Positions 1 to 10,304 of a stretch of 64,000 bases of DNA are shown here, piece by piece. The notes below the pieces were generated by a model that saw nothing but the letters and a program-made list of their open reading frames with translations, did not search any database and was not told the origin of the DNA. The stretch is from an uncultured Spirochaetota bacterium. GTDB taxonomy: Bacteria > Spirochaetota > Spirochaetia > SZUA-6 > Fen-1364. The stretch is taken from assembly GCA_963734545.1 (NCBI GenBank), contig CAVTHO010000007.1, positions 768,001-832,000 on the forward strand, written 5' to 3'. The translations under genes and the position numbers were made by a program. Numbering within the stretch: position 1 is the first letter of the stretch; each line of letters starts with the position of its first letter.

Positions 1-365
1 CAGTCGGGAGTTGCTTCTCCGACGAGGAAGGTCCATGCGGCATCGCCATGCCACCCTTCCACGCTCACGGTAATGTCTATGGAGAGAATGTCGCCCGACT
101 CGAGCTCCCTGTTCGAAGGAATGCCGTGCGCTGCCACATTGTTCACCGATGTGCAGATGCAGCCGGGGAAGCCCTTGTAACCGCGCAAGGCGGGCACGGC
201 ACCGCACTCGTCGAGAAACCGGCCCGCGAGCCTGTCCAGCTCTTCCGTCGAAATGCCCGGGCGCACGCACGGCGCAAGATAGCGGAGGCTCTTTTCCGCA
301 ACCCGGCACGCCCGCCGGATGCGCGCGACATCGACTGAAGTCTTGAGGCTTATCTCCGCGTCCAT
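1..365 (-). CDS. map: Methionine aminopeptidase type I, 5' part (runs off window start)
   Basis: Manual translation from ATG 365: MDAEISLKT...GYKGFPGCICTSVNNVAAHGIPS...GDILSIDITVSVEGWHGDAAWT. Not in the ORF track; overlaps the glgA stop. Confidence 0.93.
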   Translation of the reverse strand, partial: MDAEISLKTSVDVARIRRACRVAEKSLRYLAPCVRPGISTEELDRLAGRFLDECGAVPALRGYKGFPGCICTSVNNVAAHGIPSNRELESGDILSIDITVSVEGWHGDAAWTFLVGEATPD

Positions 366-1915
366 GCGCCTTCCACCGTCTTCTCATAGAGAGGACCATA
401 TCCCCGGGCAAGCACCCGGTCCCACGTGTGAGCGGAGAAAATCTCTCCGAACGCGGTCCTCCGGATCTGCTCGAGCAGCCGGGGATTCTCCCGGAAGAGC
501 GCGGTGGACCTTTCTATCGCCGCTGCGAGGGCAGGGCCGCTCTGTTCGTCATAGGAGAAGCCGGTCTCTCCGTCCCGTATCTTCACCAGCCCACCTACCC
601 GATGCACGATGGGAATGCTCCCCATGAGCTGCGCGATGAAATCAGTCAGTCCGCACGGCTCATAGGCCGAGGGCACGAGCAGGAAATCGCTGGACGCGTA
701 TATCAAGGTCGCCAGGCGCGGGTCGTAGCGTCGAATGAACACCAGCCGGCCGCGAGATGAGGGGTCTGCTGCCAGCCAGGAGAGCATCGCTTCCTTCTCC
801 TTTTCCCCTTCTCCCAGCACAACGAACCAGCTGTCACTCCCGCTGGAAAGGAGCTGCTGAATCGCCCGGAAAAGCACGTCGATTCCCTTCTGCCCCGTCA
901 GACGCCCCACGAACGCATACAACGGAGTACCAGCGGATTGCGAGGAGGGCCCCATTCCCAGAGTCTCGGCCAGCTCCTTCCGGCACGCCCGCTTTCCCTC
1001 GAGGTCACCGGTCAGGGGATCAAATTTGCAGCGCAGGCCGGTCTTTTCCGGATAGCGCGGATCCCACGGTCCCGGATCCACCCCGTTCGTGATGCCGCGC
1101 AGAGGGACTCCCTGCTCACGCAGAGCACGCCCCAGCCCGCCGCTCATCTCCAGGTCGCGTTCGTCGAGCAGCTCCAGAGCGTACTGCTCCGAGACGGTCA
1201 CGAGGGGAGCATAGGAAGCCGCAAGAAGAAGGGGATCGACTGCCTGGTTGATCATTCCCTTCTCCAGCACCCTGTCGGGAAGGCCCGTAAGAAGCCGCGC
1301 GAATCCCTTGTCCCACACCTCCTGGTGATACCCCTGCCCGGCGTTGTGTATGGTGAGAAGTGCGCCCGCGCCGGCGAATCGTTCGCCATAGCGTGGATCT
1401 TCACGCACCAGCGCGGGCAGAAACGCGGTGTGACCGTCGTGACAGTGGAACACCTGCGGAGACTCACCAAGGGCCATCGCGGTCTCGAGCGCGGCCCGCT
1501 GAAGGAGGAGGTTCATCTGATGAAAGTCCCAGTGACCGGTGCCCTTCTTGCGCAGGTGATTGGCTGCTTCGTCTTCTGCCGTGTAGACGTACACACTCCG
1601 TTTGTCGGCAAACCGCGGCGCCTGGACAAACAGAAGCCGAACTCCCGCCACCTGAGCGGCAGAAATGCTCACCGTCTCCTCGAAAAACGCGTTCGCCCTG
1701 TCCTGGTCCGGCAGAGCGAGGGAAAAAGAGGCAACAGGCTCGCCGCGCGTCAGCTCTTTCGACAGGAACCCGTACTGGGGAAGCACGACACTCGTTTCAG
1801 CCCCGGACCGCGCATGAGCCTCGGCCAATCCCCGCACAACGTCCTTGACGCCGCCTGCCTCCGCGATACCCGCATACTCCCTGGCCACATGCCATACGGA
1901 AACAGCTTTGCTCAC
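350..1915 (-). CDS. glgA: Glycogen synthase (GT5)
   Basis: REYAGIAEAGGVKDVV, HCHDGH, TIHN, FVGRLTGQKG and EPCGLT motifs. GTG start at 1915 overlaps the aroH stop. Confidence 0.9.
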   Translation of the reverse strand: MSKAVSVWHVAREYAGIAEAGGVKDVVRGLAEAHARSGAETSVVLPQYGFLSKELTRGEPVASFSLALPDQDRANAFFEETVSISAAQVAGVRLLFVQAPRFADKRSVYVYTAEDEAANHLRKKGTGHWDFHQMNLLLQRAALETAMALGESPQVFHCHDGHTAFLPALVREDPRYGERFAGAGALLTIHNAGQGYHQEVWDKGFARLLTGLPDRVLEKGMINQAVDPLLLAASYAPLVTVSEQYALELLDERDLEMSGGLGRALREQGVPLRGITNGVDPGPWDPRYPEKTGLRCKFDPLTGDLEGKRACRKELAETLGMGPSSQSAGTPLYAFVGRLTGQKGIDVLFRAIQQLLSSGSDSWFVVLGEGEKEKEAMLSWLAADPSSRGRLVFIRRYDPRLATLIYASSDFLLVPSAYEPCGLTDFIAQLMGSIPIVHRVGGLVKIRDGETGFSYDEQSGPALAAAIERSTALFRENPRLLEQIRRTAFGEIFSAHTWDRVLARGYGPLYEKTVEGAWTRR

Positions 1916-2281
1916 TGTCGGTTCCGGTGGGGGAGATCGGCTCGCAAAGCCTCGGCGCCATCGAGGTACACCGCCGTCGTCTCGTGGCGCTGCGGGGATT
2001 CGAAGGTCACAAGCACGCGAATCACCCTCGGCATGCTTCCCTCGATGCGGGGCTCCTGCGTGCAGAAGAGCGCCGTCCCCGCGAAGCCCTCCCGTCGAAG
2101 ACCCGTGGCGGGGTTCGCAGCCGTCAGGTCTTCTGTCAGGGAGAATATGATGCTGACGATCTGTCTGCTCCGCAATGGCATTTGCCCGAAGTACTTCGGT
2201 CACGAGCCTCACCGCGCTGTTCTCCACTGCTTGTCGGGAGTTATCCGCCACCTGGATCGCGCCCCTCACCGCCCTGGTCAT
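1912..2281 (-). CDS. aroH: Chorismate mutase AroH-type, frameshifted near 2160
   Basis: MTRAVRGAIQV... in one frame continues as IVSIIFSLTEDLTAANPATGLR...MPRVIRVL...VYLDGAEALRADL in another. Span is 370 nt (3n+1). Confidence 0.88.
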
Positions 2282-2315
2282 TCCCCTCCCCTTTCGATCG
2301 TGAGACTGCGCCTCA

Positions 2316-3461
2316 TCAGATGACACTCGCCAGTATTTCCATCCGCTCGTCCCGGGTAAGCTCGCGAGGGTTGCCCCGCATGCTTGTGCCGGAGGATTTG
2401 TCCGCGAGCTCCGCGATTCTGCCGGCAGGAATTTTGAACGCGCGCAGATCGAGAGGCAGGCCATAGGCCGCGAGCAGCTCCTTTACCTGTTCCCCGAGCC
2501 AGGTCGCGGTGTCCGCACCCGAAATGGGCGCACCGCTCCTGTCCGCCAGGCGGGCAAGAGCTCCGCGTATCAGTTCCGCGTTGGCCGAGAGGACGCGCGG
2601 GAGGAAGACGGCGCAGGCGAGCCCGTGGGGCACGTCGAAGGACCCTCCCACCGCGGCCGCAAAACCGTGCGCGGCACCCAATCCCGCGTTTGCCAAGGCG
2701 ATGCCGCTGACCAGGGCCCCGAATGATGCCTGGGAGCGCAGAGTCGGGTCCGCGGGATTTTGCGGCAGATTGACCAGCGCATCCAGCATGGGCATGAAAG
2801 CCCCTTCGACTATCGACTGCACGTAGGGATTGGTCCCGCGCGAGACATACGCCTCAACGAGCTGGGTCAGGGCGTCAAGCCCTGACGCGCCGGTGGTCCC
2901 GAGGGGCAGGGAGAAAGTGAGCTGCGGATCGACGATCACGGCTTTTGCGAGCAGGAATGATGAACGCATGCTTCTCTTCACGCCCAAAGCCTCTGACTTG
3001 ACCACGGAATTCTTTGTCACCTCGGCGCCGGTTCCCGCCGTGGTGGGCACTGCCACCCAGGGGATGCCGGGGCCGGGGACGGGGACGGCGCCTTCCATGC
3101 CCTCGAGGTAGCGCTCGACGGGCGCAGGATGCCGCAAGAGGGCTGAAAGTGCCTTCGCGGTGTCGAGGACCGATCCTCCTCCGACAGCCACAATGACGTC
3201 AGGACCGAATCGCGACCCCTGGGCGGCCGCCGTGGCAAGCGAGCGTGTGCTCGGCTCTCCCGGCTCGCAGGAGAGGTGATCCACCACGCAGCCCTCGAGC
3301 GCTCCGGTGAAGTGTTCCGCCCAGCGCGATCCGGAAAACCAGCTCCTGCCCGAGAGGACCAGGACCCTGCTCCCCAGGCTTTTGACGATTTTCGGGAGCT
3401 TGTCGATCGCACCGATGCCGAAATGTATGGCGCCAGGGGTCTCGAGGTCAAAGGGAACCAT
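2316..3461 (-). CDS. Iron-containing alcohol dehydrogenase
   Basis: GGGSVLDTAK, VPTTAGTGAEVT, DALTQ and LGAAHG motifs. Confidence 0.9.
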   Translation of the reverse strand: MVPFDLETPGAIHFGIGAIDKLPKIVKSLGSRVLVLSGRSWFSGSRWAEHFTGALEGCVVDHLSCEPGEPSTRSLATAAAQGSRFGPDVIVAVGGGSVLDTAKALSALLRHPAPVERYLEGMEGAVPVPGPGIPWVAVPTTAGTGAEVTKNSVVKSEALGVKRSMRSSFLLAKAVIVDPQLTFSLPLGTTGASGLDALTQLVEAYVSRGTNPYVQSIVEGAFMPMLDALVNLPQNPADPTLRSQASFGALVSGIALANAGLGAAHGFAAAVGGSFDVPHGLACAVFLPRVLSANAELIRGALARLADRSGAPISGADTATWLGEQVKELLAAYGLPLDLRAFKIPAGRIAELADKSSGTSMRGNPRELTRDERMEILASVI

Positions 3462-3482
3462 GGCGGAAAGTATACCCACTTT

Positions 3483-3818
3483 TCAGGATTGCAGCCATTG
3501 CTGCACGTAGCGGAGGGCGATCAGCAGTCCCGCGCTGCATGCGAACGAAAGGATCAACAGGATCCAGCGAAGCAGCAACCGGCGGTGCTCATGCACGTTG
3601 CGGTACACGAGGAATCCCGCGAGCCAGACGCCGCACGCCAATTGAAGACCGAGGGACACGTGGAGCAGCGAGAGAAGGAAGATTTGAGTGGAGTCCAGGA
3701 AATCCTGATAATTGCCAATCAGGTAAAAAAAGAGAAGGACAATGGACATGATGAAGAAGAATGCCACGGCCCGGCCCGTGAAACTGGACATGCGCGAGAG
3801 AAAGAGATATGCTTTCAT
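3483..3818 (-). CDS. Small integral membrane protein (3 TM), hypothetical
   Basis: Three hydrophobic stretches; the ORF fills the gap between neighbours. Confidence 0.7.
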   Translation of the reverse strand: MKAYLFLSRMSSFTGRAVAFFFIMSIVLLFFYLIGNYQDFLDSTQIFLLSLLHVSLGLQLACGVWLAGFLVYRNVHEHRRLLLRWILLILSFACSAGLLIALRYVQQWLQS

Positions 3819-3868
3819 CCGAAGCATCTTATTATTATAGAACGGTACGGGACGGACGGGAAAGGGTA

Positions 3869-4759
3869 TTGCGCAATCACTGGTACATTCCGGCGGCGTT
3901 GCTCGTGGTGCTCATCGTCGTGGGATTTTTCGCCGGATGGCTTCAACTCTCCCTTGGCCCGGACGCCTGGGGGGTCGTTTTCATACGATCCCGCGGCTTC
4001 GAAAAAGCCGCCGTCAATCCTGCCGGGTTCACCTGGCGCTTGCAGCGCCTTCTCCCGCGCTCCCTCACACTCTACAGTATTCCGATTGCCACTGAACGGG
4101 CTGATCTGACGGTGCGGGAAACGCTGCCGTCGGCGGACGCGTATTCTTCGCTCGTTCCGGAAAGACCGGACTTCTCCATTGAGTTCACGATTTCCGTGTC
4201 CTACAGGATACGGCCGGAAGCTCTCCCCGATCTGGTGGAGAGGGAGGGGCTTCGACAGGAAACGATGACCGGCTGGCACCAGCAGCTCCAGGCTGAGCTG
4301 CAGCGGCAGGCTGCGGACATATCGCTGCGGATCGCCGGGGACATGGACGGAACCGGCAAGTCGGCCGGCATATCCCGTGCCGCAGATTTCGTGGACGCGG
4401 TGACGCGAGAGCTCCCGGCGAAATTCCCCCAGATTCAGTTCATCTCCCTGGCCCCCGCCGTCCGTCGCATGCCGGACCCGGAGCTCTACGCGAAGCTGAA
4501 GAGCGCATATCTGAACATGGTGCAGCTGAAACAAGCCGCCCTGGCTGAAATGGCACCGCGGCTGGCGGCGGAAGAGACCGCGCAGAAAAGCGCCCTCCAG
4601 CGCCAGGAGACGAGCATTGCCCTTCTCACACGATATGGCGAGCTCCTGAGCAAGTACCCTTCGCTCATCAAGTTCCTCTTCCTGATCAAGGCGGAGAATC
4701 TGACGGCGAAAGATCTGCAGACACTCGACCTGCTCGACAAGCTCCCGGCCGTAGAGTAG
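3869..4759 (+). CDS. Membrane-anchored protein, SPFH/Band-7-like
   Basis: N-terminal TM followed by GVVF...GF.W and a helical C-terminus. TTG start inferred. Confidence 0.6.
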   Translation: MRNHWYIPAALLVVLIVVGFFAGWLQLSLGPDAWGVVFIRSRGFEKAAVNPAGFTWRLQRLLPRSLTLYSIPIATERADLTVRETLPSADAYSSLVPERPDFSIEFTISVSYRIRPEALPDLVEREGLRQETMTGWHQQLQAELQRQAADISLRIAGDMDGTGKSAGISRAADFVDAVTRELPAKFPQIQFISLAPAVRRMPDPELYAKLKSAYLNMVQLKQAALAEMAPRLAAEETAQKSALQRQETSIALLTRYGELLSKYPSLIKFLFLIKAENLTAKDLQTLDLLDKLPAVE

Positions 4760-4763
4760 CCGC

Positions 4764-5273
4764 GTGGAAGAAGGCGGGTATTTCTTCAACTTCGACAAGA
4801 TGGCCTACGTGAAAGGCCGCCAGCCGCCGGGCTGCATCCTCTGCCTGACCCGGGACCAGCACTCCGACGTGGCGGACTTGAGCATCTGGCGGGACGACCT
4901 GTTCATCGCTTCCGTCAATCTCTATCCGTACAATCCCGGCCATCTCCTGCTGTATCCGCTGCGCCATGTCGAGGACGTCCGCGAGCTCACTGCGGGGGAA
5001 GAGCAGAGACTCCTGCTGCTGCAGCGGTGGCTGCTCGGCATACTGGACAAGGCGTGCGCGCCGCACGCGTACAACATCGGCTACAACATGGGAGCGGCCG
5101 CCGGTGCATCCATCAGCCACCTGCACCTGCATATCATTCCGCGCTATCCCCGGGAGACGGGGATCGCGGATCTCATTGCCGGGCGCCGGGTGCTCGTCGA
5201 GGACCCCCGGGAGACGACCCGGCGGCTTCGGGAGCTCGTTGCTCAGGAGCCTTTCTCGATCTCCAGCAGCTGA
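4764..5273 (+). CDS. HIT-family hydrolase (FHIT/Ap4A type)
   Basis: CILC, NLYPYNPGHLL and HLHLHIIPR histidine triad. Confidence 0.92.
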   Translation: MEEGGYFFNFDKMAYVKGRQPPGCILCLTRDQHSDVADLSIWRDDLFIASVNLYPYNPGHLLLYPLRHVEDVRELTAGEEQRLLLLQRWLLGILDKACAPHAYNIGYNMGAAAGASISHLHLHIIPRYPRETGIADLIAGRRVLVEDPRETTRRLRELVAQEPFSISSS

Positions 5274-7022
5274 TCGAGCAGCCGCAGGAAGGCGCCAAGG
5301 GCCTCTGCGCGCGTGTTCAGTATCTGGCCCAGTGTCTGGTTCCTCCCCCGGTACATGTGCAGGGTTTTCAGGAGCGAGCGTGTGTTCTCGAACGTGCTCG
5401 TGCGGATTTCGTCGAAGATCCTCCTTATGCCGGTAAAGTACTCCCGCGCCTTGTCGATCAGGTCCCTCGCTTCACGGTCCTTTTGCATCACGAACGCGCG
5501 GTAGCTTTTCTGCAGGAGCAGGTCCGTGGCGACGCTGAACCGATATCGTCCCAGCTGTTTCCCGTCGTCCTCATCCGGGGAGAGCGAACGATCGAAAAGC
5601 ACGATTCGGGCCTCGAGGTCCTCGAGTCCTGACACGTTCTGCGTCAGCCTGTTCTGCAGTATGCGGTTGCTCGCGAGCGCCGTGCCGGCCACGATCTGTG
5701 CCGCTTCCTGCACGGTGCCCTTGAACTGCTGGAGGATGTAGTTGTACACGACGGAAAGGCTTCTGATGCCGGTGAAGTATGGAAGATCGAGCTTGCGGAA
5801 ATCGAATTCCGGATTTTCCCGATAGTAGTTGAACTCGACCAGCCGCTGGCCCTTCAAGACGTCCTGGATCTTTCTGTCGATCACCCTCTCCTTGATCGAG
5901 TCCAGCCTTTCATCGAGCTCCTTGCCGAGACGGAGCTTGAGGGTGGAAAAATACAGGCTTCTCAGGTAGAGCCGCGGGGGGTTGAACAGGAGCTGAAACC
6001 AGGGGTCGTTGCGGAAATAGCGCAGGAGGTCCAGGAGAGGGACATCCGCTTCGAATGCATCTATCTCCTTGGCCAGCAGGGTCACGTCGTTCCGCAGACG
6101 CGTGAGCTCCGACTCGATCTTCGACGTGTCCGTTCCCTCACCCGGCTTCAGTCCGGCACGTACGAGCAGGTAGTACGCGACAGGTTCCTCCGCGTAGAGG
6201 TATTCCGGCGCGGCAAGGTGGAACAGGCTGAATGACACGTAGAGCTTTTCTAGTAGGTCCAGCATGAGCATGACGGGCGCATGTTCGAAAACCGGCTCCC
6301 GGGCTTCGACCGTGTCCATCAGCATGTGGTTGAAATAGCGAAAAAAAGCCGAGAACGGGAAAGAGACGAGACGGTCGAGATAGAGGTGCAGCTTTGCCTG
6401 CTCTTCCAGCTGCAGGATGAAGGTTTCCGGAATCGAGCGCACGTAGTCGTTGAGACGGAGCGCGAGCTTCTTCTTGATTTCCTCCGTCTGGCTGGTCTGG
6501 GCAAAGATCTCTTCCATCTCCTCGATTCCAATAAACTCGTAAACCGTGCTCTTCGCCTCCTCCCAGCGCTGCTCCACATACCAGGTGTACGCCCCGCCCT
6601 TCACCGCCTTGTCCGTGCCCAGCGCGTGATAGATGCCGGCAAGGGCCTGTACCTTGACGTAGACGTCATAGAGCTTGCGGGCAAACTTGGGGGACAGGTC
6701 CCGGGTCTCGAATCCGGTAATCCCCGGGCTCACGGCCCGGATGTGGGACTTGAGAGAGCGCAGGCGGATGTCAAGGAAGACTTCCTCCCGGGGTCTCCCC
6801 GAAAGGAATGTCCGCAGCCACAGGATGAAGCGGACCCACGCGGTCGCCTTCTTCATCTCAAAGGTGATGATCTTTTCCCGCTCGGCCGGCTGCAGCTCGA
6901 CAGGGACCGCTTCTTCCCCCTCGTCGCGCTCCATGCGCTTTCCAATGCGCTCGAGAAGCTCCTTTCTCTCCTTTTCCGGGCAGCTCCAGGGAGAGCTCTT
7001 CGAGACGTGTTTTTTCCAGCAT
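5243..7022 (-). CDS. Conserved spirochete helical protein (DUF5312-like), frameshift near 6978
   Basis: 563-aa ORF. The upstream ATG 7022 (GAGG RBS) reads MLEKTRLEELSLELP and joins EKERKELLERIGKRMERD after removing one base. Confidence 0.65.
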
Positions 7023-7024
7023 CC

Positions 7025-7756
7025 TCAATCCTTCTGTGCGACGCGGTAGTCCGCGTCGGTGTGGACGCGGTAGTCCGCGTCAGGATCAATGCGGTAGTCC
7101 GCGTCGTTCCACGCGATGCGGTGGCCTGCGTCACCGAGAAGCGAGCGTATCACGAGGAGCCTGCCGACACCCACCGTGATACGGACACGGGCGGCAATCG
7201 CGCGGTTGCTGATTCCTCCAAAGCCGCGCCGGAACACAAGCCCGTTCAACGGCCACTGCAGGCCTTCCGAGCGCATCCTGGCCGCGCGCTTCCCGACAGG
7301 GAATATCGAGACGGTGCATCCCCGCCAGCCGCTGAACTCCGCTTCCCGGTCGACGAGCCGCGCATCCTCGTAGTCCGTCAGCCAGCGGGACGGCGGCGCT
7401 GCGCGCTCGAAAAGCGCGGCGATCCCCAGAAGGTGGTCGATCCTCCCGCTTCCGCCCCCGGCCAGAGTGATGTCCCCGCAGCCACGCTCCCTCATGATGC
7501 GCAGTCCTATTTCAGTATCGGTTTCGTCCTTGTCACGGGGAAAGGTGAGAACATGCGAGGGAGGAAATCGGTCGAGAAGCGAAATGTCGGACAGGGAGTC
7601 CATGTCCCCGACAACGAGGTCCGGCAGGAGGCCGGCGGCGAGCGCCGGCTCGAGGCCCGAGTCTGCCGCGACAATCAGATCCATCCCACCGGCGAGCATG
7701 GCAAGGGCATCCTTCCCCGGACCCGCGCCGCCGATCAACAGCAACCCTCGCTTCAT
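7025..7756 (-). CDS. thiN: Thiamine pyrophosphokinase with repeat-extended C-terminus
   Basis: AADSG, VGDMDS, DKDETDTE, GGSGRIDH, GLQWPL and GISN motifs. Confidence 0.9.
   Translation of the reverse strand: MKRGLLLIGGAGPGKDALAMLAGGMDLIVAADSGLEPALAAGLLPDLVVGDMDSLSDISLLDRFPPSHVLTFPRDKDETDTEIGLRIMRERGCGDITLAGGGSGRIDHLLGIAALFERAAPPSRWLTDYEDARLVDREAEFSGWRGCTVSIFPVGKRAARMRSEGLQWPLNGLVFRRGFGGISNRAIAARVRITVGVGRLLVIRSLLGDAGHRIAWNDADYRIDPDADYRVHTDADYRVAQKD
7040..7132. repeat. Tandem palindromic repeat, 24-bp period (GACGCGG-TAGT-CCGCGTC core), 3 copies + 1 degenerate
   Basis: Cores at 7040, 7064, 7088 and 7115; encodes DADYR repeats in thiN. Confidence 0.9.
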
Positions 7757-7898
7757 GCCCCGCTCTCCCCTGTCTGCCAGGCTCATTGCGTCACAGTAGC
7801 CGTTTCTGTTTCCGTGCGCAACGATGCAAATCCAATAAAGGAGAATAAAAACCCTCAAGGAGTTTTTTAAACTGTCGAGCATTGAAAGTGAATCAAAC

Positions 7899-7916
7899 CC
7901 GGACAAGGAAGTCCGG
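7899..7916 (+). promoter_or_regulatory. CsrA-type binding hairpin in flaB leader
   Basis: CCGGAC-AAGGAA-GTCCGG stem-loop with GGA in the loop; a second GGA site overlaps the SD (CAAGGAGGA). Confidence 0.7.
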
Positions 7917-7939
7917 CACACACGTTCAAGGAGGATTCG

Positions 7940-8812
7940 ATGATCATCAATCACAACATGAGCGCCATCTTCAGCGAACGGAACCTCAAGTTCAATGGGA
8001 TAGCGTCGGACAGGGACATGGAGAAGCTGTCCTCAGGGTTGAGGATAAACCGCGCGGGTGATGACGCGTCGGGGCTGGCCGTGTCCGAAAAAATGCGGTC
8101 GCAGATCAGGGGCTTGCGGCAGGCAGAGTCCAACTCACAGAACGGCATCTCGTTCATCCAGACAGCTGAAGGATACCTCCAGGAGAGCCAGGACATCCTG
8201 CAGAGGATGCGCGAGCTGGCCGTCCAGGCTTCCAACGGGATCTACTCCAACGAGGACCGGATGCAGATCCAGGTGGAGGTGTCGCAGCTGGTCAGCGAGG
8301 TCAACCGGATCGCATCCCACGCCCAGTTCAACGGGATGAACATGCTCACGGGCAGGTTTGCGAGGGCAACGGGTGAAAACGCCATCACCGCCAGCATGTG
8401 GCTGCACATCGGGGCCAACATGGACCAGCGGGTGCGCGTGATCATCGGCACCATGACGGCGCAGGGTCTCGGCATCCAGGGCACCAGTGGGACGCCCAAC
8501 TCTGCAACCTTCATCTCCCTGTCCTCTCCTGACCACGCCAACGCGGCGATCGGCGTCCTGGATCATGCGCTGCGGCTTGTCAACAAGCAGCGGGCGGACC
8601 TCGGCGCGTACCAGAACAGGCTCGACTATGCCATGAGGGGCCTGTCGATCGGAGCGGAGAACCTTCAGGCCGCGGAGTCATTGATCCGCGACACGGACAT
8701 GGCGGGAGCCATGGTGGAGTTCGTCAAGGACCAGATCCTTGTTCAATCCTCCACCGCGATGCTCGCGCAGGCCAATACCCGGCCCCAGTCGGTCCTTCAG
8801 CTCTTCAAGTAG
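7940..8812 (+). CDS. flaB: Periplasmic flagellar filament core protein FlaB
   Basis: [50 protein letters not shown] and MLAQAN. Confidence 0.97.
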   Translation: MIINHNMSAIFSERNLKFNGIASDRDMEKLSSGLRINRAGDDASGLAVSEKMRSQIRGLRQAESNSQNGISFIQTAEGYLQESQDILQRMRELAVQASNGIYSNEDRMQIQVEVSQLVSEVNRIASHAQFNGMNMLTGRFARATGENAITASMWLHIGANMDQRVRVIIGTMTAQGLGIQGTSGTPNSATFISLSSPDHANAAIGVLDHALRLVNKQRADLGAYQNRLDYAMRGLSIGAENLQAAESLIRDTDMAGAMVEFVKDQILVQSSTAMLAQANTRPQSVLQLFK

Positions 8813-8831
8813 AAACAGCCGTTCAGTCGGG

Positions 8832-8866
8832 ACCGCCTCGGCGCCGTTGCCGAGGCGGTTTTTTTT
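8832..8866 (+). terminator. Rho-independent terminator of flaB
   Basis: CCGCCTCGGC-6nt-GCCGAGGCGG followed by T8. Confidence 0.92.
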
Positions 8867-8937
8867 GCCCACGCGCCGGCAGCCCGCCGGGCTTTTCTTG
8901 ACATTCCGCCGCCTGTCCCTGAATACTGATTCGCGTC

Positions 8938-10293
8938 ATGCGCGTTCCCAGGACCGTTCGAGATTTCGCCGAGATATTCAAGACTGCCGGCTTCCAGTGC
9001 CACCTCGTCGGCGGCGCTGTCCGCGATATCCTGATGGGCCGCGCTCATTCGGACTTCGACATCGCCACTGACGCACTTCCCGCCCAGGTCATGTCCCTGT
9101 TTCGCCGGGTCATCCCCACGGGAATCAAGCATGGAACGGTGACGGTTCTTTTCAAGGGAACCACCTTCGAAGTGACGACCTTCCGGACGGAAGCCGACTA
9201 CAGCGACGGGAGAAGACCTGACACGGTCGCGTTTGCCCCGTCGATCTTCGATGACCTTGCCCGGCGCGACTTCACGATCAACGCGATGGCGTACGATCTG
9301 CTTGCGAGCCGCCTGAACGACCCCCACGAGGGGGAGAAGGACCTTGCGCGCGGACTCATTCGCGCGATAGGCGATCCAGCCGAGCGCTTCCGGGAGGACG
9401 GCCTCCGCCCTCTTCGAGCCTGTCGCATCGCCGCGCAGCTCGCTTTTTCCATCGACACCCCGACGCGCGACGCCATCCCGGGCGCTCTGGACATACTGGC
9501 GCGCGTTTCAGCGGAGAGGGTGCGGGACGAGCTGATCAAGACCCTTCAGGCGCCGCTGCCCTCGACAGGGCTTTTTCTCATGAAGGATACCGGCATCCTC
9601 GGTGTGATCCTTCCCGAGCTGCTGGAAGGCGTCGGGGTGAGCCAGGGGAGCCTTCACTGCTATGACGTCTTCACTCATTCGCTCTTTGCGTGCGACGCTG
9701 CCCCTGCTGAATCACTGCCGCTTCGCATGGCCGCCCTGTTCCACGACATCGCGAAGCCCCGTGTCCGCGCGGCAGATGCCGAAGGAAGGCCCACCTTCTA
9801 CGAACACGAGAGGGTTTCGGCTGTCATGACGGAGCAGATTCTCCTGCGCCTGAAGCTTCCCAATGCCGTCGTGAAGGAGGTCTCGCACCTCATCGCCCAT
9901 CACATGTTCAACTATCAGGAGGAGTGGTCGGATGCGGCGGTGCGCCGTCTCATCTCGCGCGTGGGAGAAGACAAGATCAAGGACCTCATTGCCCTGCGCA
10001 GAGCAGATCAGATCGGGATGTGCCGGGAGAACGCGCGCACTTTCCCGGAAGGTCTCGCGGATTTCGCCGCCCGGGTCTCGTCGGTGCTCGAAGCGGGGCG
10101 CGCGTTCACGGTGCGTCAGATGGCCGCGGATGGAGACGATATCATGTCCCGTCTCGGCCTTCCGCCCGGCCCTCGGGTGGGCATCATCCTCGAAGAGCTC
10201 CTGCAGGCCGTGCTGGATGATCCTTCGTTGAACGAAAGGGAGAAGCTTCTGCAGATCGCGGAGAGGTTCTACAACCAGAGACTGAAGAACTGA
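8938..10293 (+). CDS. cca: CCA tRNA nucleotidyltransferase with HD domain
   Basis: LVGGAVRD, DFDIAT, EVTTFR, DLARRDFTINA, EDGLRPLRA and LFHDIAKP. Confidence 0.9.
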   Translation: MRVPRTVRDFAEIFKTAGFQCHLVGGAVRDILMGRAHSDFDIATDALPAQVMSLFRRVIPTGIKHGTVTVLFKGTTFEVTTFRTEADYSDGRRPDTVAFAPSIFDDLARRDFTINAMAYDLLASRLNDPHEGEKDLARGLIRAIGDPAERFREDGLRPLRACRIAAQLAFSIDTPTRDAIPGALDILARVSAERVRDELIKTLQAPLPSTGLFLMKDTGILGVILPELLEGVGVSQGSLHCYDVFTHSLFACDAAPAESLPLRMAALFHDIAKPRVRAADAEGRPTFYEHERVSAVMTEQILLRLKLPNAVVKEVSHLIAHHMFNYQEEWSDAAVRRLISRVGEDKIKDLIALRRADQIGMCRENARTFPEGLADFAARVSSVLEAGRAFTVRQMAADGDDIMSRLGLPPGPRVGIILEELLQAVLDDPSLNEREKLLQIAERFYNQRLKN

Positions 10294-10304
10294 GGCAGCG
10301 CCGG

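Noticed and set aside
350-2464. 704-aa chorismate mutase-glycogen synthase fusion suggested by the ORF track
   Set aside because: An artefact of the aroH frameshift; aroH has its own stop overlapping the glgA GTG.
7040-7132. Repeat-spacer pattern as a mini-CRISPR
   Set aside because: 18-bp repeats with 6-bp spacers are too short, lie in frame within a CDS, and there are no cas genes.
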